Under the pieces are notes generated by a model. The model saw only the letters and a list, made by a program, of their open reading frames with translations. It made no database searches and had not been told where the DNA came from. Both the position numbers and the translations under genes were made by a program. Positions 9,661-19,802 of a stretch of 64,000 nt of DNA are shown here, piece by piece (the stretch's first letter is position 1; every line of letters begins with the position of its first letter). The DNA comes from Nitrospirota bacterium (lineage in GTDB: Bacteria; Nitrospirota; UBA9217), in the NCBI GenBank assembly GCA_963737155.1, contig CAVTRN010000001.1:1152001-1216000 (forward strand), in the 5' to 3' direction.

Positions 9661-11061
9661 ATGTCAGTGAACTTAACGATTATCGGCGCAGGACCAGGGG
9701 GGTATGTCGCTGCGATTCGCGCAGCGCAAATGGGCGCGCAGGTTATCGTGGTGGAGGCCACGGAAGTGGGGGGAACCTGTCTGAATTGGGGTTGTATCCC
9801 GACCAAAACTATCATTGCCTCTGCTGAGGCGCTCGAACATATTCGCCGCGCTGCTGAGTTTGGTATTGACGTGCCTGGGGAGGTCGGTTATAACCTCGGA
9901 AAAATCAGAGAACGCAAGGACAAGGTGGTTTCTATACAGGTCAAGGGGATCCGGGGTTTGTTCAAAAGCTGGGGGGTTAGCCTGATTGAAGGCCGAGGTT
10001 CGTTGCTCTCTCCAGATGTGGTAAGAGTTGTCCAGAGCGATGGAACGACCATGGATGTGAGGTCGGATAAAGTCATTATCGCCACAGGTTCTCGTCCCGC
10101 GAGGCTCCAGGGGTTCCCCTTTGACGGCGAGACAGTCATCACGAGCGACGATGCGGTCCTGCTCAAGCGTATTCCTAAAAGCCTGCTCATTGTGGGCGCA
10201 GGAGTGATCGGTTCGGAGTTCGCCTTCATCTACCGATCCTTCGGAGCGGAAGTGACGATGGTGGAGATGCTTCCCCGCGTCCTCTCAACGGAAGACGAAG
10301 ACATGTCGGACATCATTGAACGTGAGTTCAAGAAGTCCAGGATAAAACTGATTGCGAATACGAGCGTTGAGAAGGTGGAGAAGGCAGCCGACGGGATGCT
10401 GACGGCTACCCTTTCGAACGGACAGGAGGCCAGGGCTGAGATGATCTTGGTTTCCATCGGCCGCAGCCTGAACTCTGAAAACCTGGGACTCGACGCAATC
10501 GGCGTAGCCACAGGCAGGCGAGGGGAGATCTTCGTGAACGAGAACATGGAGACGAATGTACCCGGCATCTATGCCATCGGCGATGTAACTGGTAAGATCA
10601 TGCTTGCTCACGTTGCCTCTGCTCAGGGTCTGATTGCTGCTGCGAATGTACTTGGTGAAAACGAAAAAATGGACTACCGTGTTGTTCCCGCGGGAATATT
10701 CACGATGCCGGAAATCGGCAGTGTGGGCCTTCGCGAGCAGGAAGTGAGGGAAAAGGGTGTCAAATACAGGGTTGGGAGAATGCTGTACCGCGGTCTAGGC
10801 AAGTCTCACGCTATGGGCGAGATCACCGGCGTGGTAAAGATCATTGCCGACGAGACGACGGACAAAGTGCTGGGAGTACACGTGTGCGGAGCCCATGCCT
10901 CAGACCTCGTCCATGAGGGTGCTCTCGCAATTACGATGGGCGCAACCGCGAAGAAGCTCGGCAACATGATCCATGCCCACCCCACCCTTGCCGAGGGCAT
11001 CATGGAAGCAGCCGAGGACGTTCATAATATGGCGATCCATTTACAGCGAACGAACAAATGA
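9661..11061 (+). CDS. lpdA: Dihydrolipoyl dehydrogenase
   Basis: GAGPGGY, GGTCLNWGCIP, GAGVIG, HAHPTLAE. Confidence 0.95.
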   Translation: MSVNLTIIGAGPGGYVAAIRAAQMGAQVIVVEATEVGGTCLNWGCIPTKTIIASAEALEHIRRAAEFGIDVPGEVGYNLGKIRERKDKVVSIQVKGIRGLFKSWGVSLIEGRGSLLSPDVVRVVQSDGTTMDVRSDKVIIATGSRPARLQGFPFDGETVITSDDAVLLKRIPKSLLIVGAGVIGSEFAFIYRSFGAEVTMVEMLPRVLSTEDEDMSDIIEREFKKSRIKLIANTSVEKVEKAADGMLTATLSNGQEARAEMILVSIGRSLNSENLGLDAIGVATGRRGEIFVNENMETNVPGIYAIGDVTGKIMLAHVASAQGLIAAANVLGENEKMDYRVVPAGIFTMPEIGSVGLREQEVREKGVKYRVGRMLYRGLGKSHAMGEITGVVKIIADETTDKVLGVHVCGAHASDLVHEGALAITMGATAKKLGNMIHAHPTLAEGIMEAAEDVHNMAIHLQRTNK

Positions 11062-11876
11062 GAAAAGAAGGACATTGTTCTTTGACAGGAGTGCTTATAG
11101 CGGCGTTATTCTGTTATGGAGCTGTGGCTCCTCGACCAACTGCGGCGGATGAATGCGCCGTTTCTCTCTCGCTTGAAGACTACACCTGGAAGGAATTGAA
11201 TGATAACAGTTCCCGCCTTCTGAAGGAATCGGGCGATCTCATCGGTCTGGGTTTTTCCTATCAGCATGAGCTTTCAAATCATGTGACTTTTTCACCTCGT
11301 GCCGAGATTTTCGGCGGCCAGATAGATTACGCAGGGCAGACCCAGTCAGGCATACCGGCAACGAGTACGGTAACGTATGTGGGCTCCAGCATCGAGACAG
11401 AAGCAGGGCGGAAATACGAAATCAACGGAAGTTATTATATTGAGCCATTTGGTGGTTTGGGTTTTCGCGCTTGGCAGCGTGGTATAAACAATGGGACGAC
11501 GGTAAACGGCGCTTCCGCCTCCGGAATTACAGAAGACTGGGTAACCACACAGGCCTTGATTGGTATGAGGGGCGGTGTCACACCTACACCGCGATTAGCG
11601 ATGTTCGCAGAGGCTGGTATGAAACTGCCGCTCTATAATGAAGAGGCGGTGTATTTTGGAAATGGTTACCTACGGCCTGATGCCAATCTCCACCCTGGTA
11701 AACAAACTTCCTTCTTCGGAGAAGTGGGGACGCGATTCCGCTGTATGAAGGCAGGCGTCTTCTATGATGGAATGCGGTTTTCCCGCTCGGATCAGGAGCG
11801 GATAACGGGGGGATATGTTTACCAACCCAGGTCGGTTCTAGATATTTACGGCGTGAAGATCGGCGTGGCGTTCTGA
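11058..11876 (+). CDS. Outer-membrane beta-barrel protein
   Basis: Signal peptide, alternating beta-strand pattern, C-terminal YGVKIGVAF BAM-type signature; ATGA overlap with lpdA. Confidence 0.75.
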   Translation: MRKEGHCSLTGVLIAALFCYGAVAPRPTAADECAVSLSLEDYTWKELNDNSSRLLKESGDLIGLGFSYQHELSNHVTFSPRAEIFGGQIDYAGQTQSGIPATSTVTYVGSSIETEAGRKYEINGSYYIEPFGGLGFRAWQRGINNGTTVNGASASGITEDWVTTQALIGMRGGVTPTPRLAMFAEAGMKLPLYNEEAVYFGNGYLRPDANLHPGKQTSFFGEVGTRFRCMKAGVFYDGMRFSRSDQERITGGYVYQPRSVLDIYGVKIGVAF

Positions 11877-12188
11877 TTCGCTGCCTTTTGCGTATCCAGA
11901 TCTTCAGGACCATCCCGAGTGTTGTTTCTCGAATGTGATCACAAAACAGTTGACCAATCCTATAGCTTCACCTTTATTGTGATCATTTCGTTTTGCCGTT
12001 TGATGAGCCTTTGGCCAGGGTAAAGCATTAGCCCTGTCTGGTCATGTAAAAGCTCGACTTTGACTCGGAAGGCTGTAATTAGCAGGAATGATCGTCACTT
12101 TTTCTCATCCGCCAAGCGTTTGATGAAAGCGTTATTCTTTTTCGGCTCACCGTTACATTCCGTACGTTTTCCATGATGGTGGTGTCGA

Positions 12189-13568
12189 TCACGGTAGTTC
12201 TTTTAGCTTCCCGAATGCTTTCAGGATTACCTCTGAGAGAGCCGGGTGAATATGGATCCCTTTGGCAATAGACCAAAAGGTTCCTTCTGCGGCCATGGTG
12301 TTCACCACTTCCTGAATCAGGATGGAAGCATGTGGACCTATGATGTGGAATCCAAGTATCTTTGCCGTTTGCCGATGCACAATCGCTTTTGCGAGCGCCT
12401 CAGTTTCCATCATCGCCTCTCCGCGTGCCACGTCAGAGTACATAGCAGTGCCCACGAGCAAGTTTTTCACCCCCACCATCTTGACTGCCTGTTCTTCCGT
12501 CAGGCCGACCGAGGCGATTTCAGGCCACGAGAACACGGCGTGCGGAACTGTCAGGAAGTTCATCCGCGATTTCTTCCCATGAACGGCATTGTGCCACACC
12601 AGTTCCACTTCGTGATTGGCGGCGTGGCGGAACATTTTTTTGCCGATGGCATCGCCGAATGCCCAAATGTTCTTTTTTGTCGTCTCAAAAAATTCATCGA
12701 CAACAATGTAACCCTTTTCATCCGTTTTTACGCCTGTGTTCCCGACCATGAGGGAATCGGCGTTGGATTTCCTGCCTGCCGCAATGAGAACGTGCTGCAC
12801 CATGATATCCCGTTGCTTGCCCGTCCTCCGTTCCCTCATGACAACGGTGGATACTTTGCCGTCTTGCCGAACCTCGGTTGCTTCCGTATCGGTATAAATC
12901 GTCATGCGGCGGGAGAGAGCGGTCTTCAACAACTCTGATACCTCGGGTTCTTCGTCAGGCACAAGTCGGCTGTTTCGCTGGATAATGGTCACTTTTGTTC
13001 CGACTGCGGCGAAAAAATGGGCGAACTCGGCGGCAATATATCCGCCTCCGATAATCACTATGCTCTCCGGCTTTTCCGTGAGATAGAGGGCTGTTTCATT
13101 TGTCAGATATTCGATGCTTTCAATCCCTTTTATGGGTGGAATGAACGGACGGGCGCCTGAGGACAGGAACAGGATTTTGCCTCTGATCTTGTTGTCATTT
13201 ACCTGGAGAGTATATTCCCCGGTAAAGTGGGCTTCTCCGAAATAGAAATCAAAGTCCTCGGCCTTCTCCAGGGCCTCCTGAATATGATCATGGCTTAGTT
13301 GGACGGAAGCTCTCATTCGGGCCATGATCGCTGCAAAATCGATTTTGACGCTCTCAGTCGTAATGCCAAGTTTCTCTGCTTCACGGATTTCCATTATCCG
13401 GTCCGCGGGAAATACGACCAGTTTGGTCGGTATGCAGCCGACGTTTAGGCACGTGCCGCCAACGGGGCCCTTGTCCACGAGTGCCACGCTCTTGTTGTGC
13501 TGCAGAGCATCATCGATAAGATTAGTACCGCTGCCAGATCCGACAATAATTATGTCATACTCTTTCAC
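12189..13568 (-). CDS. Class I pyridine nucleotide-disulfide oxidoreductase (Lpd/mycothione-reductase-like)
   Basis: GSGSG, GGTCLNVGCIPTK, GGGYI, HIHPALSE. Confidence 0.9.
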   Translation of the reverse strand: MKEYDIIIVGSGSGTNLIDDALQHNKSVALVDKGPVGGTCLNVGCIPTKLVVFPADRIMEIREAEKLGITTESVKIDFAAIMARMRASVQLSHDHIQEALEKAEDFDFYFGEAHFTGEYTLQVNDNKIRGKILFLSSGARPFIPPIKGIESIEYLTNETALYLTEKPESIVIIGGGYIAAEFAHFFAAVGTKVTIIQRNSRLVPDEEPEVSELLKTALSRRMTIYTDTEATEVRQDGKVSTVVMRERRTGKQRDIMVQHVLIAAGRKSNADSLMVGNTGVKTDEKGYIVVDEFFETTKKNIWAFGDAIGKKMFRHAANHEVELVWHNAVHGKKSRMNFLTVPHAVFSWPEIASVGLTEEQAVKMVGVKNLLVGTAMYSDVARGEAMMETEALAKAIVHRQTAKILGFHIIGPHASILIQEVVNTMAAEGTFWSIAKGIHIHPALSEVILKAFGKLKELP

Positions 13569-13768
13569 GATTAGCCTCTTACTGATTGTAGCACCGGGAA
13601 ATGAAAATTAAAAGGGACTCTGACCCAGACACTCATCAATATTCCTCCTAGCAATTGATTGACAAAAAGCTGTACTCCGGAAGCTGTGCTAAAATGCCCA
13701 TGTCAGTCCACGAAAGAGAACTTAGCTCTGGTTCGTCTCTTAGGATACTCAAAGGGAAGAGTTCTATG

Positions 13769-14134
13769 TTAATACATGCTTAGCATATTTTGCGTGAGAG
13801 GCTTGCCGTAGGACGGGATATGAAGATAAAAGATGCTGCGCACCGACTTATTTCCTGCGGTCAAACGGGACTGCCCGCAGTCGGCGATTAAAATATTATT
13901 GACATCGTCGCGGAGTTCAACATCCTGCGGGCTATTCACGAAGACATGGATCTTTGGGAAATTTCTGTAGTGAGAATCATGACCAAAGTACTCACCGCAA
14001 CAGACATCAATACCTAAATAAATGATCTCGTCCTGACGATGCTTCTTATAAACTTCACCATTATGCCGATCGTGCATTAAACAATAAATATTGGTTCTCC
14101 TGAGCATACAAACGATGGTTACACATACATACAT
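13769..14134 (-). CDS. Hypothetical protein (uncertain)
   Basis: 121-codon ORF filling the gap, GGGGTG upstream; no recognised motif. Confidence 0.3.
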   Translation of the reverse strand: MYVCVTIVCMLRRTNIYCLMHDRHNGEVYKKHRQDEIIYLGIDVCCGEYFGHDSHYRNFPKIHVFVNSPQDVELRDDVNNILIADCGQSRLTAGNKSVRSIFYLHIPSYGKPLTQNMLSMY

Positions 14135-14283
14135 GTCACCCCATTATTATCATTTTCTCAATGACGATCGGAAAGGACCGTTTCTGTGAAAATGGAAAAA
14201 ACTCTATAGTCCACTCTTTGGGGTTCAAAGTAAACACGACGAAAGTTTATAATAAATTATCCGCATCCTCTGAACTTTCTTAC

Positions 14284-14499
14284 TTACGCCGCTTGGGCCC
14301 TCGATTCCCGTGCAAGGTTGAAATCGAAGGTGTACACTCTGAAGTCTCCTTCGGGAAAGGCTTTTTTCATCCTGTTGACGAACTCCTCGAAAATCACCTT
14401 CTCATACTGCTGAATGTCGTAATCCCTTGTATTCTCAGTCACTCCTTGGAGGTTCATGTCCATGTAGAAATCCATATCCGGTGAAATGCGTAATCTCAT
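14284..14499 (-). CDS. Small hypothetical protein (71 aa)
   Basis: Strong RBS GGGAGGTGAG before ATG; protein-like composition MRLRISPDMDFYMD... Confidence 0.7.
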   Translation of the reverse strand: MRLRISPDMDFYMDMNLQGVTENTRDYDIQQYEKVIFEEFVNRMKKAFPEGDFRVYTFDFNLARESRAQAA

Positions 14500-14613
14500 A
14501 ATACTCACCTCCCTCTCCAGTCTGTACCCTGAGGACAGTCGCAAATTTTGCTCTACTCCAAGTATACCGCTCCCGGCCATCAATAGGAGCGAATCTGGCA
14601 CGTGCTTCAGACA

Positions 14614-16074
14614 TCATTGTTGGATTGTAAGGTAGATCGAGCCCCCGCCTCGATAGATGAGAAGCAGCACGGCATCATGTTTGCCGATCTTGGATGCGAC
14701 CTCGTCGAATTCCTGCGCGTTATGTATCGCACGGCGGTTCACTTCCTGGATCACATCGTTCGCCTGCAGCAGTCCCTGGGCTGGGCTATCGGTGCTGATG
14801 CCGGTAATCACAATACCATTTAGGTTCTCCGGCAGATTGAGCCTGTCCCGGATGCTCTGGGTGAGTTCCTGTACTGTGATGCCTTTAAGGGCATTTTCGT
14901 ACTCCGCTTTTTTTGTGATTTTTTTCTCTTTATACTCACCGAGTTTCATTGAGATGGTCTGTTCTATTCTTTCCCTGACAAATTTTACGTCAACCTTGGT
15001 TCCGGGAGCCAATGAAGTAACCATATTCCGGAGGCTTGTCGAGTCGGTGATCTTCCTCCCGTTAATCTCCACGATCAGGTCGCCCCGCTTGAGGCCCGCC
15101 TTGTCCGCGGGACCGCCGGTTTCGACGCCGGCGATTAGTGCGCCCTTGGTTTTCTTGAAGCCCATCGATTTAGCCAATTCGGGGGTGAGGTTCTGGATGC
15201 TAACGCCCATCCAGCCCCGGATTACTTTCCCGTATTTGATGATGCTATCCATCACTGATTTCGCCATATCAGAGGGAATGGAAAAACCAATTCCCATGTA
15301 GCCGCCGCTCGTTGAATAAATAGCCGTATTGATGCCTACGAGCTCCCCATCCGAATTCACGAGGGCCCCGCCAGAGTTGCCTGGGTTGATGGGCGCATCG
15401 GTCTGGATGAAGTCCTCAAAATCAGCCAGTCCGATGTTCGATCTGCCAACGGCGCTTACGATACCCATGGTGATGGTTTGGTTCAAGCCGAAAGGGCTGC
15501 CGATGGCCAGGACTATGTCGCCGGCTTTCAGTTTGCCGGAATCGCCAATTTTGAGGGTAGGCAGATCCTTGGCCTGGATTTTGATGACGGCAAGATCAGT
15601 TCTTGGATCGGTGCCGACAACTTTGCCTTTGAACTCCCGTTTGTCGAAAAGGATCACTTTGATTACATCAGCGCCTTTCACGACATGGTTGTTGGTCAGA
15701 ATATAGCCGTCGGAAGAAACGATGACACCGGAACCGAGAGCAGAGGATTTATATTTTCGTTTCTGCCCCTGGTTGCCGAATTGATCGCCGAAAAAATGTC
15801 TAAAAAAAGGATCGTTGAACATGCCGCCGAAGGGATTTTCTTCCTCGCTGACTGTTGAGGTTGTGGAAATGTTTACAACGACCGGCCTGGCCACTTCGGC
15901 AACCTCGGCCAGTGCATTGCTCAGTTTTCTGAGAAACTGTGCCGACTCCCGTGAAACGACCTGTTCTTTTGCAAGAGCTGGGCTGGTAATCGACAGGCCA
16001 GCTATTAAAACACCCGCGAGCATGATCAAGCCTAACTTTTTGTATCCTGAAACATGTTTTCCAAAATACCGCAC
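14614..16074 (-). CDS. degP: DegP/DegQ (Do) family serine protease with two PDZ domains
   Basis: TNNHVV, DLAV, QTDAPINPGNSGG catalytic motifs; signal peptide. Confidence 0.95.
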   Translation of the reverse strand: MRYFGKHVSGYKKLGLIMLAGVLIAGLSITSPALAKEQVVSRESAQFLRKLSNALAEVAEVARPVVVNISTTSTVSEEENPFGGMFNDPFFRHFFGDQFGNQGQKRKYKSSALGSGVIVSSDGYILTNNHVVKGADVIKVILFDKREFKGKVVGTDPRTDLAVIKIQAKDLPTLKIGDSGKLKAGDIVLAIGSPFGLNQTITMGIVSAVGRSNIGLADFEDFIQTDAPINPGNSGGALVNSDGELVGINTAIYSTSGGYMGIGFSIPSDMAKSVMDSIIKYGKVIRGWMGVSIQNLTPELAKSMGFKKTKGALIAGVETGGPADKAGLKRGDLIVEINGRKITDSTSLRNMVTSLAPGTKVDVKFVRERIEQTISMKLGEYKEKKITKKAEYENALKGITVQELTQSIRDRLNLPENLNGIVITGISTDSPAQGLLQANDVIQEVNRRAIHNAQEFDEVASKIGKHDAVLLLIYRGGGSIYLTIQQ

Positions 16075-16301
16075 TTTTAGTTCTCCTTTTTTGCAATCAT
16101 TTGATAAATTTGTGAAGGTGATGACGTAAATATATCCGAGCCATTATTGCGATCGAACAGAAACGCAATCTATTGACACCAAAGAAGCAGAAAAGTTGCT
16201 TATCTATGTAATAAAACATCAATTTAATGCGTAAATATACTACTATTTTTTTGAAAATGGAAATAGAGTTGTGGAGGTATCTTCTTACCAACCTAATGGG
16301 A

Positions 16302-16451
16302 GAAAGTCCGTGTTTTTATCTAACGGAGGTAGAATAGGGAACTCGGCGACCACTAATCAAATGATCATCTTTATGCTATAATTCCTGCACTAAAAAGGGG
16401 ATGCTGGAACTGCCCTTAGAACCCCCTCGCTTCGGCTATGGGGAGTGGTCA
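16302..16451 (+). mobile_element. IS200/IS605-type non-autonomous remnant
   Basis: Right-end-like GAACCCCCTCGCTTCGGCTATGGGGAGTGGTCA (16419-16451) and a degenerate hairpin at 16302-16331. Confidence 0.5.
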
Positions 16452-19400
16452 GAGCTGGACCGTCTGTTCGAGACGGGCGCTGTCGAGAAACAGGAGGTAG
16501 CCTTCTACGTACCGAAGTTTGAACACTTCTCTGATTGCTTCGCAGTAAACCTGAATCTGTGGCTGGTAGTGGGCCTTCCAGACAGCAAGTGATTCATCGC
16601 TGTCTAGGAGTACAGCCTTGTAATCGATGACATATCCTTTGTTGTCCTTTATTACCACGCGGTCGATAATGCCGCTTACCAGGTTGGCTCCCCTGTTGTA
16701 CAGGAAGGGCAGCTCTGAGTATGCGCCGGGCCCCGGCTCAAAAACCCATGCGAACTCTCTGCGGGTCAGGACCGCATTCAGGACAGCTTGAACATCGTTC
16801 GTAAACTCCTGGATAATTTCTATGCCATTAATGTCGGGGAAATCTGTAATAATCCGGTTGAGATCATAGGATCCTGTTTTTGCATGCGCTTCGAGGCAAC
16901 GGTGGAGTACGCTTCCCCTGGTGAGCGACGATACGATAGTCGGACCGGTTGAAGGTACAGAAATTTCGGTTGATTCTTCCCGGTCATGGTCTATGAAGTC
17001 TGTTGCATTTTTCCATTCGACCGATTCCGTGGGCGGGATGGGATGGATGTTGGAAATGATGCGCTCGATGTCATCAAAACGTTCGGGATCGCGGTTCAGC
17101 TCCAACTTTTCCGCAGGGAGGGGTGAGGGCTCGTTCCCGAGAACGCCTGCGAAGTGGGGTGGCCAAGCATGGATCAAAAACCCTTCCTGAGGGGTTGCTT
17201 CTTCGTCGAACAGCGGTTTCGGCGCTGCCGCGTGGAGATAATTCAGCCACGTGTTCTGTTTAATAGGTGATTTCCCTAGAGCGAGCGTGCCGATCATGAT
17301 CAGATGATCGCGGGCCCGAGTCATGGCAACATACAAAAGCCGTTGATGTTCATGCCGCAATTCCTCCCTCTCTAGTTCCCACATCTCATCGTATAAGGGG
17401 TTTGTCCCATACTTGGCAGCCATCCGCATGCCGTCGCCGCCTTCGACAAGAACAAGTGGGCCCGTTGCGGCTGACTTCGGCTGCTGGTTCATGCCGGGGA
17501 GGAACACGACGGGGAATTCAAGGCCCTTGGCTTTGTGCACAGTCATGATGCTCACCGTGCCCTGGCAGCCAGGCAAGTTCAGGTCAGCGGCAGCCTCGCG
17601 CTGCTCCGAGTCGCGAATGTTTTTCACCCGTTCGACGAAGTCCTGGAGCGTCGTATAACCGCGGCTGTCGAATTCACGTGCCTCGTCGAGCAGCTTATCG
17701 ATATTAAAAATCGCTTGTGGGTTCTGTTTCCCGAAACGGACATAGGCGCAGGTGTCTTCTATAATGGCATGAATCAGGCCTGCCAGCGGTGCAAGCCCCG
17801 CGTTTCGCTCCCATCTCCGGAAAAGCTCCCCTGTCTCCGGCCTGCGTTTACGAAGTGAATCGACCATCCGGGCATTGTTCTGTTTGAGATCAAAAATATC
17901 CTCGTCCGTTAGTCCGAAGAGCGGTGATTTAAGCGCCGCGGCAAGGCTGAGTTCGTCATCGTGGTTCCAAAGGGAAAAAAGAACGTTTATAAGAGCCTGG
18001 ATCTCATCTTCCTCATAGAAACCAATCCCGCCGACAACACGAAAGGGAATGTTCTCTTTTTGGAGTGCCACCTCGTATTCTTTGAGCTTTGTGCGCGACT
18101 GGATTAGTATGGCGCAGTCTCGGTATTCCACTTGGCGAACGTGCCATTCATCAGGTTCCAGGTCACCACTGCCGCCAATGCCAGGAGAGAACGATTTTTC
18201 ATAAACAATTGTGTTGCTCTCAATGAACGTCTTGATTTCCCGAGCAAGCACGTTCGCCTCAGTCAGTTCCGGCGTGGTCTGATTCGGCGTCCCGGGCGCG
18301 AATTCGACAAGTCTTACACTTCCCAGGTGTCCCCTGCGGTTCGTTTCAGAGCGCTGGTAGGACTTTTCCCAGAAGTGAGTAAACACCTGGTTCACGGTCT
18401 CGATGATTTGTTCTGTGGACCGGTAGTTTGTCTGGAGCGTCAGGATATTACATGTGTCTGCAGGAAGAAGCCGTACCATTTTCTCACGAACGAGTTCGAT
18501 CAGCCGGTAGTTCGCCTCGCGGAAGCGGTAAATGGACTGCTTTTCATCACCCACCACGAAAAGGGTGGGCGCCATGCCTTTGTCCGTCCCTTGACCCGCG
18601 AAAAGCTCTTCAGTCAGCCTGCTTAGTACTGCCCACTGTATGTCACTGGTATCCTGGAATTCATCCACGAGGAAGTGAAGTATCTTTCTGTCGAGCCAGT
18701 AGAGGATATCCAGAGAGTCCTTGCTCTGGAGCAGGCGGTAGGCGTAGATTTCGAGATCATCGAAGTCAAGCAGACCTTCCCGGAGCTTTGATTCCTGATA
18801 TTTTTTTTCAGCGCGTTGAAACAGGGTTATCAGGCTTAGAACTTTGCGGCCCGCGCTGATTCGGGCGGAAAGCTTACGAAACCGGGCCAGCATCTCCTGA
18901 CAGGCAAAATAAGCTTTTTCGTAATCATCGCGGCCTTTCCCGATGAACACCTTTTTCGTGATCGGGGGACATTTGCGAGGCTGCCCTTCTGTCGTGAAAT
19001 AAAGAGGAACTAGGTACGTGGAGTTTTTGAATGCCTCATCAAAGTTCCGAGTGATTGCGATGAGAAGATGATCCGCGCCCCTGTTGCGATCATAGATATC
19101 CGGCTGGGATCGGAGTATGTTTTCCATCTCACGGAAACCCGCCTCCCATTCAGTCGAAGATGACAGCTTCCGCAATTCGTCGTCGTCGTTCTCCATGCCC
19201 ATGGCCGATTGCACGCCGAAGAGCAGGCCATTGGCCCCCCCTGCGTCTATTTCCATGCGCTTCAGCCTCGTCCGGATCATAAGCAGAAACCCGACGAATG
19301 CGACGAGGTCATCTGCGGAAATATCTCCGAGTGCAGCCATGAGCTGTTGATCCCGGGCTGACATCTCGAGTGCATCCTCGATGGACTTCTGAATCTTATA

Positions 19401-19796
19401 CCCCTGATCCCGCGCATCAAGGACACCGAAGTCCGGAGGCAGCCCTGCTTCGATCGGATATCGCTTTAGCAGGTTCATGCAAAAGGAGTGGATCGTAGAG
19501 ATGCGGAGGTCCTCCCTGCCTCTGATGATCTTCTTGAGCATGGCTTCGGGAAGGTCGTGCATGACGCGTTCCTTGATTTCCGCGGCGGCCTTGTCTGTAA
19601 AGGTGATGGCCACGGCCTGATCGATGTGGAGGCCTCGATTGTCAAGCACGTCCAGCAAAGCGAGAAACCGGTCTTTAAGCGCACGGGTCTTGCCCGAGCC
19701 GGCAGAGGCGGAGAGATGTACGGACTTGCCGGTATCAGTGGCTTTTTTCGTGATCTGATTGTGAAGTTCGGCGGTCATGTTCCTCTCGGGATCCAA
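16449..19796 (-). CDS. addA: AddA-like UvrD helicase with C-terminal PD-(D/E)xK nuclease
   Basis: ASAGSGKT, ITFTDKAA, VDEFQDT, VGDEKQSIYRFR, YVAMTRAR, GIIDR...IDYK. Confidence 0.9.
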   Translation of the reverse strand: MDPERNMTAELHNQITKKATDTGKSVHLSASAGSGKTRALKDRFLALLDVLDNRGLHIDQAVAITFTDKAAAEIKERVMHDLPEAMLKKIIRGREDLRISTIHSFCMNLLKRYPIEAGLPPDFGVLDARDQGYKIQKSIEDALEMSARDQQLMAALGDISADDLVAFVGFLLMIRTRLKRMEIDAGGANGLLFGVQSAMGMENDDDELRKLSSSTEWEAGFREMENILRSQPDIYDRNRGADHLLIAITRNFDEAFKNSTYLVPLYFTTEGQPRKCPPITKKVFIGKGRDDYEKAYFACQEMLARFRKLSARISAGRKVLSLITLFQRAEKKYQESKLREGLLDFDDLEIYAYRLLQSKDSLDILYWLDRKILHFLVDEFQDTSDIQWAVLSRLTEELFAGQGTDKGMAPTLFVVGDEKQSIYRFREANYRLIELVREKMVRLLPADTCNILTLQTNYRSTEQIIETVNQVFTHFWEKSYQRSETNRRGHLGSVRLVEFAPGTPNQTTPELTEANVLAREIKTFIESNTIVYEKSFSPGIGGSGDLEPDEWHVRQVEYRDCAILIQSRTKLKEYEVALQKENIPFRVVGGIGFYEEDEIQALINVLFSLWNHDDELSLAAALKSPLFGLTDEDIFDLKQNNARMVDSLRKRRPETGELFRRWERNAGLAPLAGLIHAIIEDTCAYVRFGKQNPQAIFNIDKLLDEAREFDSRGYTTLQDFVERVKNIRDSEQREAAADLNLPGCQGTVSIMTVHKAKGLEFPVVFLPGMNQQPKSAATGPLVLVEGGDGMRMAAKYGTNPLYDEMWELEREELRHEHQRLLYVAMTRARDHLIMIGTLALGKSPIKQNTWLNYLHAAAPKPLFDEEATPQEGFLIHAWPPHFAGVLGNEPSPLPAEKLELNRDPERFDDIERIISNIHPIPPTESVEWKNATDFIDHDREESTEISVPSTGPTIVSSLTRGSVLHRCLEAHAKTGSYDLNRIITDFPDINGIEIIQEFTNDVQAVLNAVLTRREFAWVFEPGPGAYSELPFLYNRGANLVSGIIDRVVIKDNKGYVIDYKAVLLDSDESLAVWKAHYQPQIQVYCEAIREVFKLRYVEGYLLFLDSARLEQTVQL

Positions 19797-19802
19797 TGCC
19801 TA

